Shown here piece by piece: positions 14,701-29,399 of a DNA stretch of 64,000 bases; the stretch's first letter is position 1, and each line of letters starts with the position of its first letter. The position numbers and the translations under genes were made by a program. Source of the stretch: Ptychomitrium polyphyllum (Eukaryota); contig OZ316776.1 in NCBI GenBank assembly GCA_973851085.1, positions 13,268,001 through 13,332,000 of the forward strand. Direction: 5' to 3'. The notes below the pieces were generated by a model. That model was not told the DNA's origin. It did not search any database and worked only from the letters and a program-made list of their open reading frames with translations.

Positions 14701-15615
14701 CCTGCAAGTACATTGTTGTGTTTCACGCACCCATGCTGTGCAAGCACCCGTATGTTTCCAATCCTTTTCAGATTCCAATACACACAAGTTCATTTTCTAC
14801 CGTACGAGACTATTTTTGTTCGATGTCCTTAATTGATGATGGCATGGATCAGAAAACATTGTCTTATCTCTAGCGTCAGTGACTGAACTGTATGTAGTGG
14901 CAATGACAATAGGAAATTTTTCATGCGAGATACTGACAGCAGTACATACATTATTTTTGAATTGTTGTGGTTGCCGTTTAGTTGTATCTACAAATGAAAT
15001 GGAAAAAAATTTAAAAATTACATATGCTTTGTTTACTTGAGAGACGGCATAATATCAATATTGTGATCACGCAGGGCTTTTCAAGAAGAGCGTCAACCGT
15101 GGGTGGTTATTGACTGCAATGCAGTCCCTTCAGATGTAGTCCCAGTGAAAGAGGACATAGTCTTAGGTGAACCTCTGGTGGAAACAGACACCCATGAATC
15201 CGCCGTGACAGCAGCTCCGCCTCTGAGCGCAAATGAGAATGAGAACACCTTGCTATCATTCCCACAAAATGATCCAATTCCAGTACTTGGGGCTTCCACA
15301 AAGTCACAAGGTAATACCCAAGTCTTGGAATTACGTAAAGGTACTTCAGAAGAGATCAAGGTCAATGAAGAGGGAACTAAACCGTCTGAGCTGAGCCCTA
15401 AGAATGAGGAACCTGCCACAGACGATAAAGAGAATGTTGAATTTGCAGCACCTGTGGAAGTGCCTGCATCAGCTGCAGAAGGTGAGGAGAAAGGTGAAAG
15501 GAAAGTAGAACTTGGAGCACCTGTACAGAAGCCTGTAACAGCCGCAGAAGGTGAGGAGAAAGCTGAGGAGCTGGCGCTTCCAGGTCACAAGAGAGAAGGG
15601 CATCTCACAACATGA
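11764..15615 (+). CDS. OS9: Protein OS-9 homolog (ER lectin, MRH/PRKCSH domain), 8 exons
   Basis: Signal peptide MAYVGSTGSLLLLFIALVWAVEA; DGKKFRC; KDKCFRR-YEGWWIYELCYKGHLRQFH; QEFLLG; RYHAHVYTNGTICDLTNQPRETEVRFVC; IKEAPSCKY...PMLCKHP. Exons approx. 11764-11857, 12084-12154, 12522-12731, 13151-13222, 14016-14134, 14226-14292, 14640-14749, 15075-15615. Confidence 0.93.
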
Positions 15616-18600
15616 TTTCACGCGATCGTTTCCCTTGCTAGTAGAGGGGGCTACCTTGTGGGGAATGTTTCTATTTATCTACCATTAGATTTGTAGAATA
15701 GAAGAACGATCCCCTTGCTTGACCATTGGTAGACCTTGATTTACAAGAGTTGACTCGGTCACACTATAATCTGAAACCTCCCATCGAACTATGATGATAT
15801 GTTGTTGCCTGCTCATGTCAACTTGTGAGCTTCTGTGTTGCCCATGACTTGAATGCAACTTTGTAGTGAGTACATGTTTCCATTGTATCATAATTAGGTC
15901 AGGATCCAACTTCGAATTTTCATTCCTCGTAGGCTTGGATTTGTGGTCCTGACCATACTAACGAACCAGTTCTACCAGTCGAATGTGGTAATGAAAACCT
16001 GCTCGTATCCATACGACTACGAAGGGTGCATATATTCAATCAGGAGTTGTTAGAACATTAATGAGTTGTTTCATTGATGCTGGATCTTTTAATTTTTATG
16101 AATCAATAATCTAAAAACTAGTGCTTAATCAATTTCACATACAATAATAGGCTACAGATTAAATATTAGAATAAATTATATAGTACAACGTGCATGATTA
16201 TTTTCAAATGAGAAAAACAAGAAAAGGTTCAAACCATAACTTTTGTGTCTGCATATTCAAATGCTTATATTGGTGATTATGAAGTAAAAAACGTAACCTT
16301 CTATCATACACTGTGATACTACTATTTGAAATTGGTTCTGACCAAACTAGCTTGAATTTTAGAGGAACAGAACAGTGCATCTGTTCTTCCACAATCCAAA
16401 AGAGTTCTGAAAAATAAAATGCGGATGATACATTATATGAACTTGTGGAAAAGTAATGCCAAATACTTTGCAATCATTGCCATAATTCTATAAAACTGAG
16501 TCTTGTAAGAAGTCATACCATGCCTCTTCAATGATTTCTTGCAAGTAATCATACCATAGCTCTATGATTTTATAGGTGAAACCAAACAGTGGACCCCAAT
16601 TGTCTCCTGACCAGGCTGCAAACCTCGCTTCAAGGCGGTATTCCTGCAACACAGTGCACTGACTTGGGGAATAATACTACAATACTCACAAGTTGTTTCA
16701 TACGTGTCATGGAACAAGGTCCAAAGATTCTCAAGCCTTTAGGAGATGATCCAAAAATCATATATTCAAAATTCCCCAATAATATCAACAACTACATGGT
16801 ATATTCACATTCATATACTGATTTTTGAGATAATTAAGCTCCTAATTATGAACTCCTGTCACTAACCCAACTGAGGAGGAACAGGTCCAAATTGGGGATT
16901 TACTGGTGTGGGATTTTTAGCCAGAGGAATGGATCTCTGCAGCAGAAGCCTGGCTTTCCAAAACTCGCTAATTTTGATATTGTTGTCCTTCTGGAAGTAC
17001 ACCAATCAAGGCAAGCTTATCAAAAATAAGCTCTCCCTTCTAAACTGAACACCCTACCAGAACGTCAAGATGTAGCTACATCGACATTATGAAGATCAGA
17101 ACCTACAGATCTGAGAAAATCAGAATGCAAGATGATGGGTATTGATTACTTCGAAAATCGATTGCAACAGAAGTGCCTTAAATAGGTGTCAATAGTTCAC
17201 AAAAAAAAAACTAAATCTGTGCAAATCTCACCGTTTCTCTGTTACTTGACAAATACTCGTTAGCAGAAACTTGTTGATGGTGATACTTTGCAGTTTCGAA
17301 ACCTGCAAGAAAGACAACCAAAAACAAGACAATTTTCTTCAGATGGAACTCAGATAATCTAACCAATGCTTCAAGAAAATCCAAAAACTTGGAGGTTTTC
17401 GTTGCAACCCACCCAGAGATAGCTTTATCTTGCCCAGGAGACTCTTTCCGTGAACTGAATCTAAACTATCAACAGCGATGAGCAATCCCATGAGCAGCAG
17501 CACCGGTGCCCATGTCTTCACCACCTTGGTAATCTTCCGCGTCAAGAACGACTCTATGTCCATTCTCTCCAAATTCTTGTTCTATCAATCATCTAGACAC
17601 GGAACAGGGTCACAAGATCCTCATCAAGTTGATAAGAGCTTCAAACCACCTATATTCTAAAGTACATCTTCACTACTTCAGACTCCATTCACTACTTTGC
17701 AAAATTTGACCCGCGTCTGTTCTGCTTTGTAGTACCAATGCACAGAGGTTACTTGGACGTTATCAGAATCAACAAAATCAATAAGTCCACTCTTGGGAAC
17801 ATCAAAAACAAACAACAGTCAAAGGAAGTGGACTCTTACTACTGGATAATTGCCACGACGATGTCTTTGCGAGTCTTCGAAGGAAGAAGAGAGTCTTCAG
17901 GAGTGTGACATGGAAGAGAATAATCAGAATCTATGATTGTGAATGAGGAGCCATTATTGCTCCGGAAATTGAGCTGAATCCAAAGGAACTCAACTAGACT
18001 TGGTTGGGAATTTGTTTTTATTGATAATTATGAGAGACCCCGCTGCATGGTGAGTTGTTTCAGGTCACCCATCACACATCTTCGGAGAGAAGATCATTTG
18101 AGTTGGAGTTGAATCTTGGAATGAGCCAAAACGGCGTACTTTTTGAGTCCGAAGATGAGCATGTGTTTTTTGCGTTGTGGGGACATAGTTAAGGTAGATT
18201 CATGATGACGGCGTCGGTCCTTTTACCAACCGACCACACTAAGAACCTTTATAAACATCTTTACGTTAAAAGCCAGCGTTCCTAAACAAGCCGTATACCT
18301 CTGGTTATTAAGACCTTGGGTGACCCCATATTGCTCCGTTTGAAATTTTTAGTTCGCACGTTCCAAGTATTTCTATATATCTTTGACTTATGTTCTCGAG
18401 CATGCTCTGTCTGAAATTAATCTGTTGATTCTGTGCAAATTTAATCGGAAAAAACGTTGCATTAAATGTTGTTTGTTCACTACAAACACTTGCAAGCTTG
18501 AACCTCCAAGGAAGCCACTTATTATACCCTGTAGATCAACTGCAAGGGATGCCTCAGCTCTCAACAGGGCTTAGATCTTGGTAAACATTCAGACACTCGA

Positions 18601-18999
18601 CAGTTTAATTATGGTGTGGAGGGTCTTGGCCACCATGTGAGCTATCGAGCCAATGCAAGATAAGTTTCTACTGTTCACAGTTCAACTGTAGGCAATTCCA
18701 CGATTCCACGATCCCATAATTCCTCTTGCAGGCAAAAAAGCTGTGAACCTCAAAAACGTTCTCCCATTGATAGCAGATTAAAGCGGAGACATTCCCCAAA
18801 TTTTAGTCAGGTCCAACGCCTATGCAACCATCGACAGTTTCCCAAAACCTTAACTTGAACATGCAACGCAATAACACAGATTCACGTCCAGCAACATTGA
18901 AAGACCCTCTAAAGCCATGTAGAAAATGAAATTTCACAATCTAGAACAAAAACCCAGTGCAATTCACCTATGTTTGCTATACCAAGGTGCACTTAGCAG

Positions 19000-20150
19000 A
19001 TATTAACTGTGGAACGCCGTCTCCAGTCGCTTCCCAAGCCTTCTTAGCTACTTCGTTCCAGGACATTTTCTTGGACTTCTTGACCTTAAGTTTCTTTCTC
19101 TTCCACACGGCACACGGAGGTCCATGGACTTCCCAAACCATAATCGGCATCCTTTAGGGAGGACCTGTACAGGATTCGTAGGTATTCGACTCCACTGACG
19201 TGACACCAAGTCGTACACTACGGTGAGCTCTGTAATCCTCGAGATCAATAATTATTGTTTTGTCAAAATCAAATCCCAGGATTTCAGGACAAAGATGGTT
19301 CCCTGGTGTTCTTCTATCTTCCAGATTGAAAAGTAATAGCTCAAGGGCACATGCCAATTCAAACACCACCGGGAGAACTCTATCAGCAGGTAGATCTTCG
19401 CATAAGCGTAAACACGACGAGAGGTTCTTCGACCACTCATCTAAGACATCCATCCAAGATAGCAAAAATAACCGCTTGTCACACACAATAAGTTGAAGCG
19501 GATTACAATTGTTATCCATATTTACATCTAAAAGTTTGGTCTATGAAGAAAACCTTGAAGCTGTTGTCAACTTCATCCACCAACTCAGGTATTACATTAT
19601 TGAAAATGGCCTCGACATGCTTTGGTGGGTGTGGAAGAAGCAGAGGCGTTTTCGTAATGGGGTTGAAAACGTTGATACTAATAATGATACTCACCACTGC
19701 AAATTCCAGTGGACGATCTTCGCAAATCAGACCTTCATCTGCAGCCATAGACCCCCAATTGATACACAAGAATCAACCTCCTCCCCTAGAGCATGATCAT
19801 GCTTGATCCTGTACCACCTTTGCGCATCGAGATCGAGAATGCTCCAACCAAAGCGTGTATATGTCTCCTTCACAACATCTTTACCTTTCTCCTTCACAAC
19901 TACGTCTTCACCTTTCTCTTTCAGATCTGCTTCTCCACATCCCTCCTTCCAATCCGCTTCATCAAATTCCTCATCATCATTGTTTCCATCATCAAAATAC
20001 CATACTTGATGAGGAGCCGTCACAGTCATCCCATCTCGACCCTGATTCTTCAGTTATACGCACAACAACGAAACCAGGATCCTTCCATGCATTCTGGAGG
20101 CAAAGAGAGCCAAACGTGCAATCAATGATCTTCCTGCTCTGATCTCACAT
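19000..20150 (-). pseudogene. Degenerate F-box / F-box-associated (kelch-like) gene
   Basis: Motifs in successive frames: WSILDLDAQRWY; SMAADEGLIC...VFNPITKTPLLLPHPP; NSFKVFF; TVVYDLVSRQW; MSWNEVAK. These resemble plant F-box C-terminal regions but are broken by frameshifts and stops. Confidence 0.55.
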
Positions 20151-22123
20151 AGGCAGTGTTGCTACAGAATGAACAATATGAGCTCTCTAGCTCTCTATCC
20201 TTTTGACTGAGCGCTGTTGGAACTTGGAACCCTAAACATCATTAAGTGTAGAGAGAGCGTCAACAAAGCTTCACGCCATGGTCGCTGCCTTCTCAACACA
20301 AGCACCCGCAGCATGTAAAGGCTCATCAAAGCTTAGTGCGGAGTCTTCGCTGCTACAAAACGCTCTCCCTACTGCACTGAATATTGCTGTAACTTGGATC
20401 CCTAAACACCATATTCACTGTAATGGGAAATTTCAAAGTCTCGAATGTTAATGTTGTACATTGATTATGCAGTCACAAAACAATCCCAAAATTGTTGTTT
20501 TGTTTCATTATAGTAAATATGGTATTTCTACATGAACCATGTTGTGTCAGGTGCTTTGCAAAATTGAACAATAACAAACAAGGATTGTTTAAAACTTAGG
20601 AAAGGTTTAGAGCTTTAGAGCTTAAGTGGTATTGTGAAGATCCTATGCTTGGCCCTATTTGGTGCCAAATCCGTATCAATGCTAAAAGAACTATAGGATT
20701 CTTCTTCATTGATCTTTTAGGAAAGTTGTTGTTGGTTTCTTCTAAAACAATGGGTTTTTTCATTTGTTTTGAAAAATGTTCAGAAAAATGTAATAAAACC
20801 TTGGAATGACCATTGGCTTGTAGATGCAAGGTCAATATGCATAACATGTAGATACATACAAGTCTACGTAATGTACATAGTGAGTGTGGCTCCAAAATAT
20901 GCTTTCTTTACTTCATAGAGCATCATTGCAACTTAGAGTCTTAAATGAGTTAAATTTTGGTCCATTGAGTGGTGAACAATGAATTTAAACGCAACATGTT
21001 CAAATTAGTTTAATTTTTGCCAAAAAACTAATTGAACATTGTGAAAGGTTATTTCCAATACTTTAAACACAAACAATGAATAAATTTTTTGACTTAAAAA
21101 ATATTGTAGAAAGTTCTATAATATTAATATGTAAAATACAAAATCAATGGAATAGATAGATTTATATGGCTAGAAATTTTTGTTTTGCTAATTGATTAGA
21201 TGAGATTGAAATTCAAAAGGCTATTCTTTTTTATCAATGGAAGTTTGACATATAAATGTACAATTTAGACTAGAACATAATATATGTGAAAACATTACAT
21301 GGCACATGAAAATGACATATATAATATTTTTGCACATACAAAGGAAGTCAACTTAAACACAACTTTTGCAAAACATTGAAAACCACATGCTAGATCCATT
21401 TTTTGAAAACAAGTGGGAAACTCTACTCATTAGAAAGAAGGCTTTTTAATAAACTTAGAATGCATGCTATATATAACCTTCTACTTCACATGTATAAATT
21501 GAATCACATAATGATCCATTTGGCTCCCATGTTTGCGTCAAACAATTGACATACTGACATCTTCACATCCAACATGAGCACCTTGAATTTAACACCAGCA
21601 TCTTCAAATTCATCATTTTCATAGAAAATTTGAAGCGGCCCTTCAATTACATGAGGTTGTAAAGATTTCAACATGTGGCATAATCTTCCTTTTCGTAACA
21701 TACTTTCGTAATAGACTTTTATTTTCTTAATGCACAAAACGATCATAAACCTCGTTTCTGTGCTCAACATATATATTAGTACTTAGAAAATATCCAAGAA
21801 AAAAAAGAAGTCACAATGAATCTAGGTAGCAGCAGAGGCAGCACTGTTGGCGATCGAGCGTTCGGCATGCGCTAATAGCGAGGCTAGGGTGGGACCGCAT
21901 AAAAGGACTGGCTACCCCAATAAGGTATGACGTCGACGACTTGTGGGAAGTTCGTGACGTTATCCGTTCACACGATATACCATAATGGCAGTCATTACAG
22001 TGCAGTCTAGCGAGCTACTCCCTAGAAGGGATTCCAAGGGGATCTCGGTGGATCATTAGTTATGCCTCAAGGAATAATTAGTAACTCCCAGCAACTAAAC
22101 TTCGCTAGCAGGCCTGGCAAATT

Positions 22124-22410
22124 GAAGTGGATGTGTGGAGCTCCGGCGTGATCCTGTACTTCTTGTTGAGAGGATACTATCCTTGCTGGGCAGAGAGGGA
22201 GCAGGGTGTTGAGCAGGAAATCATACGCGGGACTTTGGACTTGAGAGGTATCCACGGTCAAAGGTGTCGGACTCTGCAAAGTCATTGGTGCAGCATGTGC
22301 TGGAGCCGAACCCAAAAACTCAGTGCACTGCGCAGGAGGTGTCGAAGTTCCCATGGCTACAGAATCCGTGGCTACAGAATGCGTCGAAGCACATGCCACT
22401 GGCGAACTCG
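22124..22410 (+). pseudogene. Calcium-dependent protein kinase (CDPK) kinase-domain fragment
   Basis: [36 protein letters not shown], then after a frameshift [19 protein letters not shown]...TAQEV...PWLQNA (subdomains IX-XI). No start and no rest of gene nearby. Confidence 0.85.
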
Positions 22411-22962
22411 TGGAACAATGAAAGTAAACCTGAGGACTTGAAACACTAAAACACATGCTAAATTAACTATGTCCGAGTGGTATGGCACTGCAAGTAGCCA
22501 CTAGACTTCTAAATAAAGAATTTCACATACAAGATCTGAAACTGAAACACTGAGAAACCACTCTGAAAGCTATCTGCATCGATCGTATATCAAAACATCT
22601 TTCGCTTGGACACAAACAAACAACGAAATTCGTAACAACGTTTTTCAAGATCAATGTCGAAGAGCTATCTAACATCTAGATCTAGCCATGTCCATTTCCC
22701 ACAAATCTAGATTAATAGAGAAAAGTATGCAAAGAGGAATGCACTAGTACAAGAGGAAGAGCAGCAGTAAACCGACAATGCATTGTCAAGAAGAAAATGT
22801 ATATCTCCCAAGTCCGATAAAAAAGAGTCTTACTCAGTAAGCTACCTAACTACACTGAGAAGTGCTCAACAAGGTTAGGATTTGGAAAAAATGCTCCTCA
22901 AATATGTATTCCGATCACTATCAAACAGGTTCAAGCGCCTGTGTAATCTTGCTACTCTAACT

Positions 22963-25900
22963 CTACAGCTCATCCTTCTCTGAGTAAGCCTCCTCGTCAG
23001 CTGTAGTGTCGTCAGCTGGTCCATCGGTTACCTCCTCGGAAGACATCATATTATCCTGAAATGCATCACAAATCTTACATGATTAATACCAGTGAATAGG
23101 TCAAACACATCACCCACTTGCAGTGAACACCCTGACGAATCATGCAAATTCCTTGACTAGAAAAGCAGCCATAGAGGTGACAATATAACGATAGCCGATG
23201 CTGCAGATTATGGTGGTATCCTCACCTGGTCTATGTTTAGATTCTTAAAATCTTGAAAGTCAGGAGTATCCTCAGCAGCGTTGTCAGCTCTGTCCTTCTC
23301 GGTCTCGTCTTCAACTTCATCTTCTTCTACAACGGCATCAGGGCTGACATTCAAGTTCGCCTTGATGACAGAGTAAATACGTGTAGCAAAGTCCTTGGGG
23401 TCTTCCAAGACGAACCCGCTCTCAAGCAAAGCTGTCTCGAACACAAGCTTTGCTGCCTGTCTCGCTGAATCATCCTGCACAACAGTAAAATAGACACAGA
23501 AAGAGTTAACCATCGATAATACAGAGTAGACAAAACTACTGAGAACGATGGGGATGCAACATGAGCATCATGCATAATTGTGTCCATACTTGGAAGTGTT
23601 AACAAGAAAGAACTACAAAAACCAACCTACCTCAGAACTCAAAGCTACTTTCTCCTTCAAATCTTTGATGATTGGGTGCTTAGGGTTGATTTCAAGAATC
23701 CTTTTGCCACGCATGTAAGACTGCTTGCTAGGATCAGCAAGAGTCTGAGCTTGCATGATCCTCTCCATGTTCGCTGACCACCCGTACTTTGAAGTGACAA
23801 CGACAGCAGGAGTATTTGCCAACCGGTTGCTGACCTGCATCAGCAATTCCATATGAAGTCTCGTTACGATTTCCAGTAATGGCAAATCAGAATGGAATAA
23901 GTATGACTGTTAACCAGCTCTGCCTCTGTAAACACATGGAACCGATGGGTAGATCTCAAAGAAGTTCACTTCGAATTTAAGACAACGAGGTCATTAATAG
24001 CCGTGTAAACAAAAATTGGTTGCAAAGATGACAGGTTGAGGACAGAACCTACCTTCACAGCCTCCACCATTTCGCCACTCAGCAAGTCCTTCCACCACTT
24101 GGTTAGCTCCTTATATGATTCCTTAATCTCCTTGAATTTGGATTTCTCATCTTTGCTTCCAAGCTTTAGATCGTCCTTAGAAGCATTTTGGAACTTCTTG
24201 TCCTCGTATTCGGTCAAATTTTGGGTCAAGTATTCATCAACTGCGTCTGTCAAATAGATAACCTGGAAAAAGAGCCCAATCGTGGTTAGTACATACGGTG
24301 CGATAACAAGGATCAACAGGAAGATCAAAACACATAACAAGGACACAAAAGTTTAGTTTGACCAAGCAAGAAGCACAGAGTATGAAATACATCATCATTT
24401 CTTACCTCATAACCCTTCTTCAACAACTTCTCCACGAATGGAGACTGCTCCAGCAGTTTCCTGTCCTGACCAGTGAGATAGTAAATCTGCTTCTGGCCTG
24501 GTTTCATCCGTGAGATATACGCGTCCAACGAAGTCAACTTGTCACCAGACTTAGAACTGCACACCACAAGGTCATAAATATAATTCTAGCCGTCAAATAC
24601 CTGAGAGATGTACGACAGTCACAGAACCATTGTCATATATACCTCAAAATAAGGGAAGCTGTAATACGTTCTATATTACAACCAAATTTGAAAAACGTAC
24701 GCAATTGAGTAGTTGCACTTCACCACATTCAACGATCACTACGGTCAAAATAATTATAACACCTGTGGAACCGCAAGAGCTTGGCAAGACGAACTCTGTT
24801 GGAGGTATCCTCGATGATACCCAATTTGATCGCCTTTCCAAATTCCTTCCAAAACTTGGCATACTTGCCCTTCTTTTCAGACACTTCGTCCTTCTTCTCT
24901 TCTTTGTCGTCATCTGCACAAATGAAATTATCCACAAATATCAGTCTTACTACCAATGCATATAGTAGTTATTCATGAATCCTCTTCACACAAAAAATCC
25001 TGCAGAAGCCAAGCATCCATGTGCACTAACCAGTCTTCTTATCATCGAGCTTCTCGTCTTCATCCTCCTCAACAATTCGTCGGATCATGTCCAAAGCCTT
25101 GCGGACAAGCTTCTTTTTAATGGTTTTTAAGCTGCTGTGTTGTTGCAACATTTCACGAGATACGTTCAAAGGAAGCGTATCCGAATCCACTATGCCCTGG
25201 AAATACATAGAACCTACAGTTAGAAAAACTTCTTGAACCTGCTAAGAGTTTCTAGAAGTGGTTTCAACAAATTCAAGATATTTCTAGAATCTTCGGTCAA
25301 GCATATTGACTTCAGAAAAATCCTGAGATTCGACTGATTTCCTCATAGTACTCACCTTTAGGAAACTCAAATACTTAGGCAGAAGCTCATCGAACTCATC
25401 TGAGATGAATACCCGTCGTACATACAACTTGAGGAAAGCCTTTTGCGAATAGTAGTTTTCAAACAAGTCAGAGGGAGCCTTGGGAGGAATATAAAGAACT
25501 GCTTTAAACTCAACATCTCCCTCAGCGTTGAAATGGCTCCATGACATTGGTTTGTCCGTGCTGAAATCCTGGAGGGCCAACAGATATCTGAAGTATTAGA
25601 ACAAAGCCTGGCTTCATCTAAGCACAAAAGAACAACTATTCTCGCCACATAGTAAAACTTCCTTGACCCTTGATCTTGGTCGCTCTCAGAACAGTTTTTC
25701 GAATCTTCCTATCCCAAAGACTTGAGAGAATTACGGGGCTAATAAGCATGGTGAAGCTGAAAGTAAAGCTAATATCTAGCAGATAATTGTATTGAGAATA
25801 CAGGCCTTACCTTTGCCAATGAGTGATAGAATTTGTCATATTCCTCAGCTGTAACATCCTTAGGATTCCGAAGCCAAACAGCCTTCGCATCATTAAGAAG

Positions 25901-28900
25901 CTCCCAATCCCACTTTGTTTCCTTGACAGTCTTTGTCTTTGTTTCTGTCACAGCATACCAAACCGAACAACACTTAATAATCTCAACAAAAGATGTTAAG
26001 TATAGTAAGTTATCGCTACAACATATTTACTCCCAGTAAACATTCTTTATCTAGCGCACAGATCGATTCAGCTCAAGTCAACAGTTTCATTCAATAAACT
26101 GTAGTTTACATCATCGTAATTTCAAGTCAGCAAGCCCACTACAACCAACAAAGGCAAACCAGAGAAATGTGGTATTCTAATACTTGCATCAACAAAAAAA
26201 ATAAAACACCGAAGATGCAGGTAAGTCGTGAAACTGTTCGTATTTGCACCTCACAACAAGTGTAAGTACTTTACACAGGCAAGTGGCTTTTCTCATTTTC
26301 AGTGATAAGCTCTGAGAAGCTTACCAGTAGACTCTTCGTCTTCAGATTCTGTGTCATCAGCCTCCTTCTCTTCAGTCTCGGACTCCTCAATTGGCACTTC
26401 GACATCAACCTCTTTGCTAGCCCACAAGTAAATGGGGAAGCTGATGAATTCAGAATACCTCTTCACCAATTCCTGCAGCCAAAAAATTCCGCATAAATTT
26501 AAATTTAAATAATCTACTAGAAATTTCCATTTCATCAGTTACATTGCCTTACGATCAACACAGATCACTTACTGTCGTAGATTCTAAGGGCACTGCCTGG
26601 ACACCGATATGAAGAAACACAGAGACCGTCGAAAGTGACAAATTAAGTATACAGTTCAGCCTCTTACTCTCAATTTGTCTTCTTGGGCATACTCAGCTGC
26701 ATCTGACTTCAAATAAATCCTGATCTCTGTTCCACGTCCAAGAGGCTCGTTCTCTGTATCTTCAGTAACGGCAAAGTTGCCATCAGCTTTAGACTCCCAA
26801 ATGTACCTGTAAGCCATTAGGTAAGAAACTCGTAAGAAACATCTCAAAAATCAGCAACAGCAACAATAGAAATCGAAAAACAAACCATACCCAAAAGCAT
26901 ATGTTTGACCCTAGGCGTAGAGAGTAGCCAGAATACAATCAAATAATACATTAAATGCCTGATACCTAGATTACCAAATTAGATTAAAGATTTCAAGACA
27001 TTCAATGCAAACTTACTGCACGTCATCGTTGTGCTTGCTGATAACTTCAACGTGATCAGCAACCAAGTATACAGAGTAAAAACCCACTCCAAATTGACCG
27101 ATAAGATTGAGGTCTCCACCCTTTTGCATCTGTTCCAAAAAAGCTGCACAAGACAAAGTAGACAAGACAATGTGCAAACATATGAGTGAAGAGAACAAAT
27201 CAGACTAGGAAATCTCCCTCAGTGCTTATCACGTACGATTCATCAAAACCGTCCATTTCCAGTATAAATATAAAATCAAATCTTGAACCAGGCTGTATAC
27301 ACACCATTAATGGTTTAAACCACGCAGGAAAGAGACCTGCAACAAAAATCTCCAAGAAAAATGTAAGTCAAACAAGTAGAGAAGCTTATTTTTTGCACCA
27401 TGTAATACACACCTGATGTGCCTGACTTGGCGATAGTACCAAGATTCTTGATAAGATCGTTTTTGGTCATACCAACACCACGGTCTCGAATCGTCAAAAC
27501 CTTCTTCTCCTTATCAAGCTTGATCTGTGTCACACAAGACCCAGCAAGCGTCATCCTTTCTGAAAAAATGTAAACAGACTGCTCACACGCAAAGTTGAAA
27601 TATCTAGATGATTGATACATAGCTAAAGTGAACTCAGATAGTAGAGCGAATTTACATGAATATCCAATTTCGCGTCATCTCCTTCCCCGAGCTGTGAGTT
27701 GTCAATGAGAGCCAGGAATCGAATCTTGTCCAAAGCCTGCATCATCAATAGTTGTAACTTGGAACAGTGAGCCATCTAACCTTGTACATTTGAATATTGA
27801 AAATAGGCCAGAAACTTTACACGAACTGAAGAGGGCAACTCAAAACCAAAGACAAGCTTAACCATCAGCATGTAAAAATAATCAAAACTACTTTGTAAAC
27901 AGACGGTTGCGATAAATGAAAGTTCAAATTCTTAGATAGGCCGAGAAGAATACGCGTAAAACTTACATCTGAAGCATTGGAGATCAATTCACGAAGGAAG
28001 ATATCTTTGTTGCTGTACAGAGAGTGGATAATGATGTCCATCAACCTAGAGACTTCAGCCTGGAACTCAAACTTCTCAGCATTTTCTCTAAGGTTCTTTG
28101 GGGTCATAGATTCACTTTCCCTGCAATTCAAGCAAACTGTGTTCAGCTCCAGTATAATTCGTTTCTGTCAAATACACGCCTAATTATGTCGTGCATTAAT
28201 TCAAACTAGTAAACATACTGCAACAGCTAGTACTTCATTCATTTACAAATGCCAACTACATACACAGTAAACATGTAGCCCTGAGGTCGAAAATTTCAAA
28301 CATGGTACCTTTTAACAACATCGGAGTCGGTGGTGGATCCAGCGGTGTGCTTTCCAAGGTTCTCCTCCAACTTGGGAGGAGCTCCAGTGTCCATTTTCGT
28401 TTCTTCCTGCGCATGAGCTCTTCCAGAACGGCCTGAAAAATCCCATAAAATCACGTCAAATGCGATCCTGATTCATAATCAAATTCCACAAAATTTAAGG
28501 TGGAACCAACTTCACCAACAAAACACAACCTTCTTGGTCTAAGTCTAAGAACAGATACGCAGATTATCGAAGATCCCACGCAAGCCCCTCAAGCGGTACA
28601 CAGCCTCCCTGTAATGAACATGAACTTCGAGCACAACAGAGGTGAAACTGAAATATTAACGCTGAGTAAAACGTTCGACAGGTTACAATGAGTTGGAGAA
28701 ACCAATATCATGCTACTCGTCTTCAAGAAACACAACGGCCAATCCTCACATAGATTATCTGCAACAATTACCGCAAAGGTGGCAGCCTTCCAATGTGCTT
28801 CGAGTAGAGATTCTCGGAATGCCCATTCGACTCTCTAATACCTTAATCAAGAACCCAAAGAACCGATGATAGAGATCGCACCTAAGCTACCACCTAGGAC

Positions 28901-29399
28901 TACTTCACGTATAAACAAAGAAAACCACATATGGTGCCCTTTCTCCGTCACCTGGAAAAACCAAATAGAACTGCAAAGACTCTACACCCTCCACCTCATC
29001 ACCATAAAAACGACCATAAACCTTCCCAAGTCTTCACCGCTTCCTTCCATCCCCAGAAGAAAATCCATCATAGCCCTACATTGTACGCTCAACCTCGCGA
29101 TCCGAAAACCTCAAGAACAATCCTCTCAAACACACCGACAACCAACCAACCCCAAAAACAAGAACTAAAACTCTTCAGTCGCATCCCCAGATCCAAGGAC
29201 CGACACTCCACCATCTCCTAGAAATGAAACCCTAGATCCAGCACCGAATGACGAAAACTCAACGGCGGTGACTGGAACGAGGAGCACAAGGAAGCGCCAA
29301 CTCACCATTGGAGTTGAGTTGGAGGGAGGAGAAGGAGAGCAGCAGACAGAGCAGTAGCAGCGAGGCGCGACGCCGATCCATGAGCTGAAGACGCGCCAT
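22963..29399 (-). CDS. HSP90B1: Endoplasmin / GRP94 / ER Hsp90 (SHEPHERD-like)
   Basis: Signal peptide [106 protein letters not shown]; terminal EKDEL-stop (TAG 22965-22963). Phase-consistent GT-AG introns. Confidence 0.97.

Noticed and set aside
29306..29308. ATG as GRP94 start
   Set aside because: It overlaps the exon-1 donor (AAT G|GTGAGT); the phase-consistent signal-peptide frame starts at 29399 (or 29381).
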